This document shows positions 43,804-57,320 of a DNA stretch of 64,000 nucleotides, in pieces. The number at the start of each line of letters is the position of its first letter. Positions within the stretch are counted from its first letter, which is position 1. Under the pieces are notes generated by a model. That model did not search any database. It saw only the letters and a list, made by a program, of their open reading frames with translations, and was not told where the DNA came from. Position numbers and translations under genes: made by a program. The stretch is from Eledone cirrhosa (taxonomy: Eukaryota), in assembly GCA_964016885.1 (NCBI GenBank), contig OZ024754.1, forward strand, positions 17,980,001 to 18,044,000, written 5' to 3'.

Positions 43804-44049
43804 ATAATTATCTCATGTTGTTTATTATATAACTAATAAGCTCTGTAGCCTACATAGAGCACTTTTTTTCCTGTACCTTTCCGACGGAAATACTTCATTT
43901 ACTATATATATATATATATATATTTATAATATATATATACATATATAATATATATATTATATTAATCAATTAAAGAAAGTTGGTTGATTAAAAATCTGCC
44001 GACCTTTTCTTAACAGACTCCACATTTTTTTGTTCATCCGGAATTTTAT

Positions 44050-44240
44050 TATAATAATAAACAAGAAAGACGGTTTCATTTGTCCACCCCTATTTATTTT
44101 GTTATACGTATTTCAAAGATGTATGGTAGTTATATAACATCTTTACGTGTTGTCTGAAGAGAACCCGTAAGGCAGATGTTATCAAATACCATACGTCTTT
44201 GAAATACGTATAACAAAATAAATAGGTGTGGACAAATGAA
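44050..44240. repeat. Fold-back element (~70-bp arms)
   Basis: aaacaagaaagac.gtttcatttgtccac.cctatttattttgttatacgtatttcaaaga.gtatggta is mirrored at 44187-44237. Confidence 0.9.
44150..44216 (+). ncRNA. Possible degenerate hammerhead motif in a fold-back element
   Basis: ttgt-CTGAAGA-(40 nt, weak stem II)-GAAA-tacgta-TA-acaa. Stem III is palindromic. Confidence 0.4.
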
Positions 44241-44254
44241 ACAGTCTTTCTTGT

Positions 44255-44323
<69 letters not shown>

Positions 44324-44336
44324 CACATATATACAT

Positions 44337-44375
<39 letters not shown>

Positions 44376-46732
44376 TACATACACATATATATATATATAG
44401 AGAGAGAGAATTATCCAATTTCTAACAATACATTTTTCAACAATAAAAAATTTAGTATATAAGGCACTCAATGCAAAATATTAAACATTTATGCAAATTA
44501 GACTGTATTATTATAACGTGTGAGTATATTTGTGTGTGTAATTTAAGCATTATAATACATTTTTCTTTGTATATCTCAATTTTGTTATCTTTGCAAGACT
44601 ATGTAAATAAAGATTTCTTACAAGCTAGGAAAATTTAAATACACAAAAAACAAGATTAGAAAGCATTGGCAAATTCAGAAATTGTTTAAATAATTCTATA
44701 TTAATGCTGAAATCCTACATTTTTTTTATTAAGTCATCCTATAAGTAATGTTTTTTAAGTTAAGGAAAGGGTATTTGTATTATTTCTGTTTAAACCATTT
44801 CATACCAAACTACTTGAAACTGCCTATGGTTCTGTGACGCAAAACTGTTTATTTTAAAGTGTTTATATTTATCTAAAAACCTTTCATCATAATCTTATGT
44901 AAGAACCTTTGTTATGTTATGTTCCAAACACCCCTGATTCTATGACACAAAACTGTTTATTTTAAAATGTTTGTATTTATCTAAAAACCTTTCATCATAA
45001 TCTTATGTATGAACCTTTGTTATGTTATGCTCCAAACACCAACTTAATAAAGAAAGAGTAAGTGATTAAATCCTTACAAATTCTTTGAAAACCATAGACA
45101 ATGTCTTTCATTAGAAATGTGGCAATGAAAGACTTAAGGTTAAATACTCTGAAGACAATAATTAGGAGGAAATATATTCCACTCTTTAAACACATTGACA
45201 GGAAATGAGGTGATGATTTTACTTGGTATAATTTACTCATTAAAGTCAACAATAACATATGAAGCATATGTTTTATGGATTCAGAAAAGTAGAAGTTTCA
45301 TGGCCCTGGTCGTAGGAGAAAAACTTTGTTTTAACTCCTAACACCATGCTTAACAGAAAATAGCTAAATATAGACTTTGTTAATTCAAATGTTTGTAGTA
45401 TATATACTAGTGGACAGAGTATTGTGAACATTTTCAGTATTCAGGTAAAAACATTATTTTCAATGTGATGCTATCATAGTACTGTTTTTTGTACTTTTGA
45501 AGAAGGTTTTGCTAATGTGGTTTCGTTAAGAGTTAGTGTTTATGTTTAAATTTAATCCTTTCATTACTTGAAAATGTTAGGCAATGTCTTTCATTAGAAA
45601 CATGGTTCAAAATGTTTTATGTAGTTTGAGAAATGAAACACCCACTGGAAGTTGTTTTTAGTGTTATAAAATACCAGTAACACACTGGGGTCAATTTAAT
45701 CAGTTTTCCCCTTCCTTCAAATTGTTGCTCCAGAACATTATGCAAACTTCTTCCATTCTTTTACACTAACTGGCTAAAAAGTGTCTATGTTAGGAAAGTA
45801 GATGTCACATGGAATATTAGAACTAATGTATGATTAATAATATAGGATGACTTGATAAAATGGAACTATTTTCATAGAATTTAACTCTTAACATCCTGTA
45901 ATGATCTAGCAGAAAATAACTGAATTGTCATTCTACAACGCTAAACATGTCTTTTGCAATCCTCAACTTGATACATTACCCATAAGCATTACTGACCAAC
46001 TAACACAGACATTCTAAACCCGAAGCTAACCTGTTCCTGACTCTGTCTCTGGACCTATCAGGCTGTCAAACAACTCACCTCCACATACTACACTAGCCTC
46101 TACTCCTAACCATATCACACTTCAACTCAGCTGACTGGTGAAAGTTTTGTCAGTTCTCATCATCATCACTATTGTCATCAATCAATCATTCACCACCACA
46201 ACCACCATCATTATCAGTACTTATTGCTCCTGTGCATCTGCAGCATACAAAGTCTTCATTCTTTGTTGACCTGGCTGTGATCCCACTACATCTCATGTCA
46301 CTAATTTACACTAGTTACACAGTATAGAATTCCACCCAGATGTTCTTTATGATGTCAATCCTCATGTTTTTCTTTAAGCCAGGTGGTGCTATTAAGTTGT
46401 CCTGGGCCAATACTGGCCAAAAGTTATCAAAGTACATGTTAATTCAAATGTTTATAGTGTCTTTACTACTGGAAAAATCATCATGAAATACGTAGCAATA
46501 CTGGAAAGACTAATTGTTAATATGATTCAGTCATAGTACTGTTTTGTACTTTTAAAGAATGTCTTGTTAATGTAGTTTCATATGGTACAGGATATTATAA
46601 GTTAATGTGATGTAGTCATAGTACTGTTTTGTAATTTTACAGAATGTCTTGTTAATGTGGTTTCATATTGTTTATAGCATTTTTACTAGTGGACTTCAAA
46701 ACCTTGCAGTATCAGAGTAAAGACATGAATTT

Positions 46733-47110
46733 TTAACGTGAAACCATCACACTGCTGTTTATACTTTTGAAGACTTTCTCATTAAACAGGACGTTAAGAG
46801 TTAAAAAACAACAACCAAAAAGCTAAATATTTCACTCTTATGTTTCTTCTTTAGTCCTGAAGTAGTCAAATGATTTGTTTAGTATGAAAGAGGATAAGAA
46901 AAAAAGATATTCTTAATGTGAAACCATCACACTGCTGTTTATACTTTTGAAGACTTTCTCATTAATGTGGTTTTATGTGGTACAGGACGTTAAGAGTTAA
47001 AAAACAACAACCAAAAAGCTAAATATTTCACTCTTATGTTTCTTCTTCAGTCCTGAAGTAGTCAAATGATTTGTTTAGTATGAAAGAGGATAAGAAAAAA
47101 AGATATTCTT
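46733..47110. repeat. ~180-bp direct tandem duplication
   Basis: gtgaaaccatcacactgctgtt...gaggataagaaaaaaagatattctt occurs twice, nearly identical. Confidence 0.9.
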
Positions 47111-47959
47111 TGTCATCAGTATAATTGGTTAATCTGTAACTGATTGGTGGTTTGTTAACTTGGATTGTAGATCTGAAAAGGTTTTAGGGACAAAACCTAC
47201 AATAGGTTAGTGTCATGGAGGAAGAGATAACTAGCAATTGTTTAAGGTTTTAACTCTTTAGATACCAATGTCACACCCCAAACTATTAAAATTAAACTGT
47301 CCAGCATAAATTTATATAAGAACCATTTATGTGACAAACATCATCTTAATAATGAAATAATTATTTGACTAAATTCTTCATTAATTAAAATAGAGTGTAT
47401 TTCATAAGAACTAACACCATGAAAAGGTTAATGTTACCATCCATTCACAAGTCTAAAATTTCAATAATGGCAATAATCAAAACTGCCTTTTTCAAATTTA
47501 AGACAGTTGGGTGTGATTTGAGGATTTGGCTGCTATTCCTAGCAGGTCAAGTGTCCATAGAGACTGAAGTAAACTTGGTCATTGTTGTTATTGCTTAACC
47601 TGTGATTTGAAGAAGATTTGGCTGCTATTCCTAGCAGGTCAAGTCACTATACAAAGACTGAAATAAACTTGGTTGTTGTTGTTGTTTAGCCTCAGATCAG
47701 TCCTGATCAAACAGACCTCTGACGATATTCCAGTTGTGACCATCTTGTTTTTTTTTAGTAACATTGTCCAATATATCTTTGAAGACAATAAGGTGTGATT
47801 TGAGGGAGATTTGGCTGCTATTTCTAACAGGTCTAGTGAGCACATTGAAGCTACCTTGAACAGAGTTTAACTGATGTACAGTGATGTCACCTGACATTGC
47901 TGCAAACAGCAATACAATAGCAACGAGAAAAACAACTCTCTCTTGCTTTCTTTTGTTGA

Positions 47960-48275
47960 TTAAGTAGGTTGTAGTTCAATAAAAAGCTATTAAGAGGTCT
48001 ATATCTCTCCAATAGGTTGTATTTCAATAAAAAAAATTATTAAGTATTGTATAACTTTCTAGCATGTTGTAGTTCAATAAATGGTTATTCAGTAGTGTAT
48101 AACTCTTTAGTATGTAGTTTAATAAAAAGCTATTAATTAGTATATAACTCTCCAGTAAGTTGTAGTTCAATAAAAAGCTATTAAGAAGTGTATAACTCTT
48201 CAGTAAGAAGTTCAATAAAAAGCTATTAAGAAGTATATAACTCTTCAGTAAGAAGTTCAATAAAAAGCTATTCCA
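47960..48275. repeat. ~42-45-bp degenerate tandem repeat
   Basis: agttcaataaaaagctattaagaagt.tataactct units. Confidence 0.75.
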
Positions 48276-51113
48276 TGCCAAAACATTAACTGAATTAATA
48301 ATTAGAAAGAAATGTTTCGAATCATGCAAGGCTGTTTACTGAGACTAGGAAATAAAGAAAGAAGTAGAAACAGACTAGTCTACAGAAATATTTGTAATCC
48401 AGAATTACTAGGATTTAAACAAATATAATCATGCAGATACAATAGGATAAACCTTATTTACATCCTAACAACAATTTCTTTAAATAGACAATGAAGTGTT
48501 GAGTTCAGTATCTTGTTGAAGGACTCAAGAGAAAAACCTTCAGTGAACAAAAACTCGGGATGTAGGAAACAGAGGTTTGGTGTCTTACTTAGTCTTTGTC
48601 TCTCTCAGTTGATATTCAGAACTTATTTAGCTCTACATAATGAAAGATATTCCTTTAATGATTCAATTTATGGTCCCAGACATGGCCAAATTGTGGAGAT
48701 GTTTGCTTCCTGGGACCCAGAGATGGCCAAATTGTGGAGATGTTTCCTCCCAAACCCCAAGACCCCAGGTTCAATCCTGCAGCAGAGCATCTAAGGCCTC
48801 AACCTTCTGAGATTGAGGAAATGGAAATTGTTTAGAAGATTGTTGAATGGATGGTACTGGTAATTCAAATAATAAACCAGCCTTGTCAAACAATGAATCT
48901 TCCTGAGAACTACATTAAGTGCACATGTGTATATGGAATACTCAGCCACATACACTACAACATAAGATGAACTGTACCAGTAATTCAAATGTTCTGCAAT
49001 GTCACACAGTATTTTGCTGAATCTCCCTGAGAATTACTACACAGGCCTGTGGAACAATAAGCCACTTAAACTATAATAAAGCTGTATTGTAACTGGAATA
49101 AAAATGTCCAACATTGTAATACACTGTTTCATGCTGAATCTCCTTGACAATTACATCAAGGGTACTACAAGTGTCTTTGGAATATTCAACCACTTGCACG
49201 TTAATTCCCCAAGTTGGCCTGTCTGTTGATTGAACCAGAACACTCACTGTTGAAGTCTGATAGAGGTGGTCCATTATTTATGAAACTAGAAATATCTAGA
49301 ACATACAGAACTAATAAAGCTCTATTTTCCAAAACCATTCATTAATAAGATGGATGTAAAGTGAAGTTTAGGAAAATGAACAAAATATATAGAACATGTA
49401 TATGATAGAACAATTTAATATATAGAGTGTGATAGAAGATTTTAGGATAAGACAAATGATAAAGTATTATAATAGTCTTCTCTAAACAATAGTGTATTCA
49501 AGAAGATTTGAATAATAATAATAGTTGAAAAAGAAGGAATGACCCAAAGGAGCTTTGGCCATTGGCTATGGCTTGCTCTGTTGATATAGTGTCAGTATAA
49601 CATCTGCCAGAGCACGTTACGAATGATGGTAATAATAATAATGATAACTTTAATATTGACCACACTTGAGAATTATTACTAATGAAAACAATAGGTATTA
49701 ATTTGTTATATATTAAAGCAAAATATTCTTAGAATTATTATATCTAGTTTGTTAGTCAGTATCTGAGAAGGAGAAACTGGGTAGAAATAGAAAGTTGACA
49801 CATTAATCAAGGCAGGTAAAAAAAGATAAATAAATAAATAAAAAACTTGCACACAAGCATGAGTAAAATATTTGAAAAAAAAAAAAAAAAAAGGTATAAT
49901 TAAAATACTTCATTTAAGAATTACTGAAAGTGAATAGTAAAGAAATATGAAACCTCTGTCATCTTCCCTGCTTTTCAAATACATACTTAGCTACAATACA
50001 CTCAATGATATTTTGCATTTTAAAAAAATAATAATATTAAAATACCACAGAATTGCTGTAAGGGATTAGAGATTATTTTTTCAGCTATCCTGAAAGAAAA
50101 AATGTCAATAACACTCCCCACCCCCATATGGTAAAGTTAAAAAAAAATTTTTTTTTTCTAAGAAACTCTAAAATCATATTGATATTGAAGATATTACTTA
50201 AATCGCTGCAGAAGAACAATATAAGACATCCAGGCTCAAAATTAGTTTCTTCAATTCTTCTTTTGATGAAGGGATTTTATCCCAAAATATTAAGAGATGT
50301 TAAGTAACTCTGATGTAACATTCCAATCTCTTTATTATCATTATTTTTAACATTTAATGTCCCATCTGTATTGTTGTAGCCTTCTAATAAAAAAAAAACA
50401 ACATACTATTATATTTAAAGTCCTAGAATAGAATATAAGAAACATTTAAACTAAATCAGGGACTCGACATATGGCTAAATATTACCAATTTCAAACTGAA
50501 GGAATTTCAGTTGAAACATACAACCAAAGAGAAATAAAAATCCAAATAACTGATTTTTTTTTTTGTTTGTTTTTCAAAAATCTTCAGGAGTATTTAGTGG
50601 GCACAGTTTGGAAAAACCTACTAGGAATACTTCTGAAATTTAAGAAGTAACAACTTTATTATATTCATTGTAAATAATTCTCAAAAATAGGGATATTTTT
50701 CTTCTAAGGTTTATAAATTTATATTTTAAAAAAAAATTAATAAAATGAATTTAAACTAATTTTTTTTTCAGTTTAAATAACTAATGCTTGTTTTATAAAA
50801 TTATAAAATAACTATACAATTAACATAAATATGAAATCTGAGAAAATATCTACATGTCTACACGATTTATTAGTATGAAGAGCAATTAAAAAACCCATTA
50901 GTTAAAAAGCTTAAATATCAGGCAATAAAACTCTATTCACATTGCAAAACTCAATGAAAATACATGCAATGCAATATATAGAAATATTTTTTCTCTTTTT
51001 ACTCTAAAATAATTTACAAGCTTACAAAAATAGAATAAAAAATTAAACTTAAATATTTTTAAAATTCTATTAGAGAATAAAAAAAAAAAAAAAGAATAAG
51101 AAAAATGATTTAC

Positions 51114-51299
51114 CTGTTGTTGGAGTCTTGTGAGGCCACGTACCCAAAGAATTTGGCCCCGCCGACCAACATGGTCATCTGACTCCGGCGATGCGTCTAA
51201 TTTCGCTCCATCTATGGCATCCATATCCAATTGTGCATCAGATGAGGTTCCCCATGTACAAAGATGAGGAAGAGTGTGTGTTGGAACAGTGGTGATAAT
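51114..51299 (-). CDS. ATP2B: PMCA exon J, ending in the first half of the calmodulin-binding domain (splice site C)
   Basis: ttttag/gtaaat. IITTVPTHTLPHLCTWG...RRGQILWVRGLTRLQQQ. 186 nt, phase 0. Confidence 0.96.
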
Positions 51300-51549
51300 C
51301 TAAAAATAATAACTCTTTTCATTAAAGCCAGACTGTCTTTATCTTTTTATACAGTTTAAGAACCCATTATCCAAAATTCCCAAATCAGAAAAACCTCAGA
51401 AATCTGAAAATTATTCTAGTGCTGTTGGAAAGTTAAATTATCGGAAAAACTCAACAGTAGTGGAAATGTGAAGTGTCTCTGACTGAGGAGTTTGGCATTG
51501 GAACAACCACTATATTTATTATATACTATGAATGGAGTAAAGGTGCATT

Positions 51550-51830
51550 GCTTTGTGGTTAGGATCTTCAGCTCACAATCATAAGGTCATGAATTCGATT
51601 CTCTGCGGGGCATTATGTCCTTGAGCAAGACACTTTATTTCATGTTGTTCCAGTCCACTCAGCTGGTAAAAATGAGTTGTACCTGTAAATGGAAGGACCA
51701 ACCATGTCACATTTAATCTCCCTGAGAACTATGTTAAGGGTCCATGTGTAGAATGCTCAGCCACTTGCACGTTAATTTCATGAGCAGGTAGTTCTGTTAA
51801 TTGAATCAACTGGAACACTCATCGTCGTAG
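51550..51830 (+). mobile_element. tRNA-derived SINE with CORE-like central domain
   Basis: gtggttagg (A-box-like), aattcgattc (B-box-like), then tgtccttgagcaagacactttatttca. An inverted related copy is at ~43205-43325. Confidence 0.65.
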
Positions 51831-52205
51831 CCACTATAAATGAATAACATGTTTAGACTAGGGTTCCATCTCCAAGACATCCCATTTTATAGATGCTGTA
51901 TACAAAGTATACAAATACTCAAAAATCAGGAACACTTTCAGTCCCAAGAATTTGTGATAAAGGATTCCCAACCTGTAATATATCTTTCATAAACTATATT
52001 CTGAAATATACAACAGAAATTAATGAATTTCCCCTAAACTATTGGGCAATAGTAAAAATATAGACATTGTGGTTAACAAGTTAGCTTTACAACCATATGG
52101 TTTCAGATTTAATACTACTGCATGGAACCTATTATTGCCTCAAGCCAACCAATGCCCCTGGAGTGGAATTTGGTAGATGGAAACTGTAAAGAAGCTTGTT
52201 ATATT

Positions 52206-52237
<32 letters not shown>

Positions 52238-52501
52238 AGTATGTATAGAAAAGGAGTAGGCATAAACGATGTGCACAATATAGATCTTGGGTACACAAGA
52301 GATGTAGTGGGATAACAGGCAGACTAACAGGAAAGGAAGACTTTGTATGTAGATGTTCATGGTTAATTGAATCAGTAACTTTAAGCTAACATACATAAAA
52401 ATTCCAAAGATTATAATATTCATTTAATTAGTAAAAAGTAATGTAAGAAAATGAAAAAAGTAATAATCATTTGTAATGTATAATAAAGAAATAAATCTTA
52501 C

Positions 52502-52609
52502 CTGACCCCATAGAAGAGCACCAATTCCCAAGAAAAGACACCACAACCACTGGTCTAAACTCAGTCCTTTGGTACTGAATGCAAACCCACCCAATTCAAT
52601 AATAATAAT
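52502..52609 (-). CDS. ATP2B: PMCA internal exon I (TM10)
   Basis: tttcag/gtaaga. [36 protein letters not shown]. 108 nt. Confidence 0.96.
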
Positions 52610-52789
52610 CTGAAAGACAAAGAAAGAATACACAAATTAACTACCATGACAGAAATCTAGGGGAATGAGTTTGAATTCTTTCTTTATATCACATTCTAAA
52701 CAAGCATGTCTGTTATTTCACTCTTGAACTTTTAGAAACTTCAGTTATAATTTTGTCTTTATATTTTACATAGTTTGTACTGTAAGGTA

Positions 52790-53130
52790 GTAGAGCTGGT
52801 GCCACAATAAAAAACACCCATTCCATCGTGTAAGGTGGTAAAGCTGTTATGAAAAAACGTAGCCAGTGTACACCGTAAAGTGGTTGTGCTGGTTTCTATG
52901 ACAAAAGCAACCAATGTACACTGTTAAGTGGTTGTGCTGGTGCTAAGACAAAAGCATCCAGTGTGCACTGTAAAGTGGGGGATGTTAGAAAGGGCATCCA
53001 GCCAAAACCAAGCCAAAAACGGAATGTTTGAGCAATAGGTGACCACCTGACCAATTTAGTCTCAGTATGCGACAACCTATCTAATCCATGCAAACGTTAA
53101 AAATTGATGTTAAATGATGATGATGATTCT
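52790..53130 (+). mobile_element. SINE-like repeat with internal tandem units and RTE-type tail (relatives ~43020-43180, ~55265-55495, ~56090-56180, ~60224-60495)
   Basis: Repeated gtacactgtaaagtggttg units, agggcatccagcc motif, (GAT)n tail. Confidence 0.55.
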
Positions 53131-53757
53131 CTTAAGGCACAAAAAAATATCTATACATTTTAGGTGAAATGTGTCAACTGTTTCAATCAATGGCAATGAT
53201 ATATCTAGTCTTAGAGAGATTATGAAGGCCATGGGTACTGCCCCTTTCTCCAGGCCTCCTAAATATAGCAATCTCTTCTTTAAAAAAAATCTCTCAAAAA
53301 CAAATTATTTCCCTGTTAGGATTATATATAATAATGATTTCTGATTGGCACAAGGCCAATAATGTTTGGGGAAGGGAAAGTCGATTAAATCGACAACAGT
53401 GTATTACTGGTACTTTATTCATCAACCCTGTAATGATGAAAAGCAAAGTTAACTTCGACGAGATTTGAACACAGAATGTAAACAGTCATAACTCACTGCT
53501 GCAAAGAATAGGGTCTGATGCTGTACCCATACTGCTAATCCATCGCCCCCTAATATATGATAATCCAATAAAAAAAAATGTTTAATTAGTGCTGCTGCCA
53601 TGATAAAAAATTACCCAGTACATTCTCAGACTGTGACAACCCCCGACCAACTGGTGCCAGCAAGGAAACTGGACATAAAATGATGATGATAATAATGATG
53701 ATGACAATGATGAATTAGTGAAAGGTAAACAGATAAAGAAAACAACAGAAAACTAAC

Positions 53758-53975
53758 CTGTGATATTAATGTTCCTACCCAAATTCCAACAAACACAGGA
53801 TTTCGTCTAAGGCCTGATAAAATGTTGCGCTGCCCATGAATTTTACGAGAATTTACTTCGTTAAATAATGTCATCATGACAAATGTGTTGAAAATGATGG
53901 TGAAATGCTGAGACGGGGGTGCATGTTTCTGTGCCTCTTCTATTCGGCCACTGTCAATATCCATAATTTCAGCAC
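53758..53975 (-). CDS. ATP2B: PMCA internal exon H (TM8-TM9)
   Basis: ttttag/gttagt. (G)AEIMDIDSGR...PSQHFTIIFNTFVMMTLFNEVNSRKIHGQRN...GTLISQ. 218 nt. Confidence 0.96.
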
Positions 53976-54019
53976 CTAAAATGAATCAAGGGAGTATTAG
54001 TGTCAATTCAACAATTTAT

Positions 54020-54410
54020 TTAACCCTTTCATTGTCATTAACCCTTTTGTTACTACATTTCTAATGAAAGACACTGCCTATGTCATTAACCCTTTCGTTC
54101 CCATATTTCTAATGAAAGACACTGCCTATGTCATTAACCCTTTTGTTACTACATTTCTAATGAAAGACACTGCCTATGTCATTAACCCTTTCGTTCCCAT
54201 ATTTCTAATGAAAGACACTGCCTATGTCATTAACCCTTTCATTACCACATTTCTAATGAAAGACACAGCCTATATCTTTAAACACTTTTGTTACCACATT
54301 ACTAATGAGAGACATTGTTTATGTCATTAACCCTTTCACTACCACATTTTTAATGAAAGACACTGTCTATGACATTAACCCTTACCACATTTTTAATGAA
54401 AGACACTGCT
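54020..54410. repeat. 48-bp tandem repeat derived from a TTAA-MITE terminus
   Basis: About 8 copies of gtcattaaccctttcgttcccatatttctaatgaaagacactgcctat. A related terminus occurs singly at ~45100-45140 and ~55810-55850. Confidence 0.85.
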
Positions 54411-54689
54411 TCTGGTTTTTCAAATTGAATATTATGTAAGAAAATGATTCTTACATAATACTATAATAGAATGAGTTTAGATAAATATAAATGTCTTAAA
54501 ACAAACAGTTTTGTATCATAGAACTCAAGGTGGTTTCAGGTAGTTTGGTATGAGGGGGAGTTAAAAATAAAACACGGAAAAAAAAAAAAAAGAAAGACTG
54601 AATAATAATTTTTTTTCCAAAAATATTTCTGAGTTTGTACATTATTTAATGGTCCAATCCATGGCAACATGGATAAGTAGATGTAAAAT

Positions 54690-55055
54690 AATGATGTGCC
54701 AGCTTCAACATTCAGTAATCAGAAGGGAGGTGGATGTAAAAGCCAAACTCACTATCTTCAATTCAATATTTGTGCCAACTCATTACCTATGGTAATGACC
54801 GAAAGAATACAATCGTGAATACAAGTGGCCGAAATGGGGGATCATCCAAAGGGAGTTTGGAGTGGTGTTACTCGATACAGTTTGTAGCTCAGAGATCAGA
54901 GAGTCACTCCAGGTGGAGCCGCTACTTCTCCAAATTGAGATATCACAGCTCCGATATTATGGGCATGTGGTTAGAATGTCTCAGGAAAGAATTGCTGGAA
55001 AGATTTTACGGGCAAAACCAACTGGCAGGAGACCCAGAGCAAGATGGTTGGATTA
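54690..55055 (+). mobile_element. LINE (RTE-like) C-terminal fragment
   Basis: SQLRYYGHVVRM...KPTGRRPRARWLD, frameshifted. Confidence 0.7.
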
Positions 55056-55527
55056 TTCTATATATACTATCATATTTTTTTGGTAAAGGCTTTATCTTAC
55101 ATAACTATGTCACATAATATTGAATCTATGAAATTTTGACATTATTCATTTTGAGAACAATACCTTAACATCAATATGAGTCGCCAGTTACAGCCGGTTT
55201 GAACAGAAAGAGGTGACAGAATTCTGGCCGAATATGGCCGGTTTAAATGTTAAAGGGTTAAAGTAATAGTACTGGTGCCAGTTAAAGTAAAAGCACCCAG
55301 TCCAGCCTGTAAGGTGGTAATACCAGAGTCATAATAAAATGCTCCTAGTACATGATGTAAAGTGGTTACTGTTAGGAAGCACCAAAATGGAGCAGTTGAG
55401 CTCAACATGGTCATCTGACCAGTCTGGCCTAGTACATGATGACAGCCCATCCATGCAAGGATGGAAAATACACATTAATCAGTGATAATGATGATATACA
55501 GATATAACATACAAAAGTGTTACTAAC

Positions 55528-55741
55528 CTCCAAACAGCAGTACAAAAATAACAGTTAATTGATAAATAGCATGACCTATAATGTTTTTCATCATTGTTCT
55601 AGAAATGAGAGCTTTTGTTCTTCCATATGGTTTTCTTTTCAGCAGCTCTTCAGTTGGGAGCTCTGTTGCAAGAGCAAGGGATGCTAAAGTGTCCATGATT
55701 AAGTTCACCCAAAGCATCTGTATAGCTTTCAGGGGACTGTC
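55528..55741 (-). CDS. ATP2B: PMCA internal exon G (TM6-TM7)
   Basis: ttgtag/gttagt. [29 protein letters not shown]...[15 protein letters not shown]. 214 nt, ends phase 1. Confidence 0.97.
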
Positions 55742-56208
55742 CTACAAGAATAAACAAAACAACAAAATCAATATTTACATGATGAACAACAACAGAAACA
55801 ATAAGAAATTTAATCCTTTCATTACCACATTTCCAATGAAATACACTAAATTTTAATTAATGAAGAATTTTGAGGGCTTTACTAAACATATTATTTCATT
55901 CCTTCTTCCATCATCTTTAGTCATGTGTTTTTTGGTCTTCCCTTTCCTCTACTTCCTTCTACATTCCTCTCACCCAGTCACTTTCATCCTTCCTCAACAT
56001 CTGACCCAACCATTTCTCTACTGAACGTTCATCACTGGTTTTATTCCTCATAACCCAACCATTACATTCCATTTCTCTTTACAACATTCTACAGCTGGAT
56101 GACCTTCCTAATGACAACCACTTTACAGTGTGTATTGAGTGTATTTTATCATGGCACCAGCACTACCACTTTACAGAGTGTTAGGTAGTAAAAAGCAAAA
56201 TATAATTA

Positions 56209-56517
<309 letters not shown>

Positions 56518-57129
56518 TTATTTTTTTATTATTTTTTTTTAAACTAGAATAATTTTACTGATGCAAGCAAGGGTTGGACAGGTCTACATAGACCAAGTCG
56601 GTACTGAAGTGGGGATGCTGATCTTCTGGACAGGCCAGGGATCTGCCTCTAGCTTATGTACAGTTTAACGTTTTATTGATAGCTATACTATAAGTCAGGA
56701 TACTATGTCTATAATATAGGCTAGTTTCTTACATAACTATACTATAACCCACAGGGCTAATCTCCTCTCAGTAGGTATATGCACCCAAAATTTCGTTACA
56801 AACAACCAGATTCTTAACTTGTAATATTTTCCTGTTTGGAAGGGAGAGAACTCTGAAAAGTACCAATTTGGTATAGTAGACAGACAGACAGACATACATA
56901 AGAAGTTGATACCATTGAAATGGAAGACAAGAGATAGTTGCAAGACATTGTCAGCTATGACAGTAGTCCGACATTTTCTCCTCCTCTTACAAACGACAAG
57001 CCAGATTTATGCAAGTCATTACAATCTCATCAACAATGGACCAACCCCACTACTATTTTCTTTTCCTTTATCCAATACCATTTAGAATTTTGTTGTGTAA
57101 CTTCTCTTCCTCGCCCACTTATTCCAGAG

Positions 57130-57320
57130 AGGGGGCAGAATCCTCAAACACTCCTTCTAGCAGGTCCTGTCATAAGCAACCATCTCCAACTGATCTAGCT
57201 GGATCCTCAAGTGAGACTAGCCAAGCTCATGGATGTTATCCAACCATCTTGCTCGGGGTCTACCCCTGCGTCTCCTGCCGATTGGTTTCGCTCCCACGTA
57301 AAAATCTGTCCAATGATTCT
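57130..57320 (-). mobile_element. LINE (RTE-like) C-terminal fragment related to 54690-55055
   Basis: AKPIGRRRRGRPRARWLDNIHELG. Confidence 0.65.

Larger units (their letters stand above)
42611..43835. repeat. Inverted repeat pair (42611-42787 and 43656-43835), each arm carrying a hammerhead motif; Penelope-like terminal repeat candidate
   Basis: ~180-bp arms are reverse complements with few mismatches. Penelope origin is inferred only; no Penelope ORF is seen. Confidence 0.85.

Noticed and set aside
54064-54330. Repetitive MKDTAYVINPF protein
   Set aside because: Translation of a 48-bp intronic tandem repeat.
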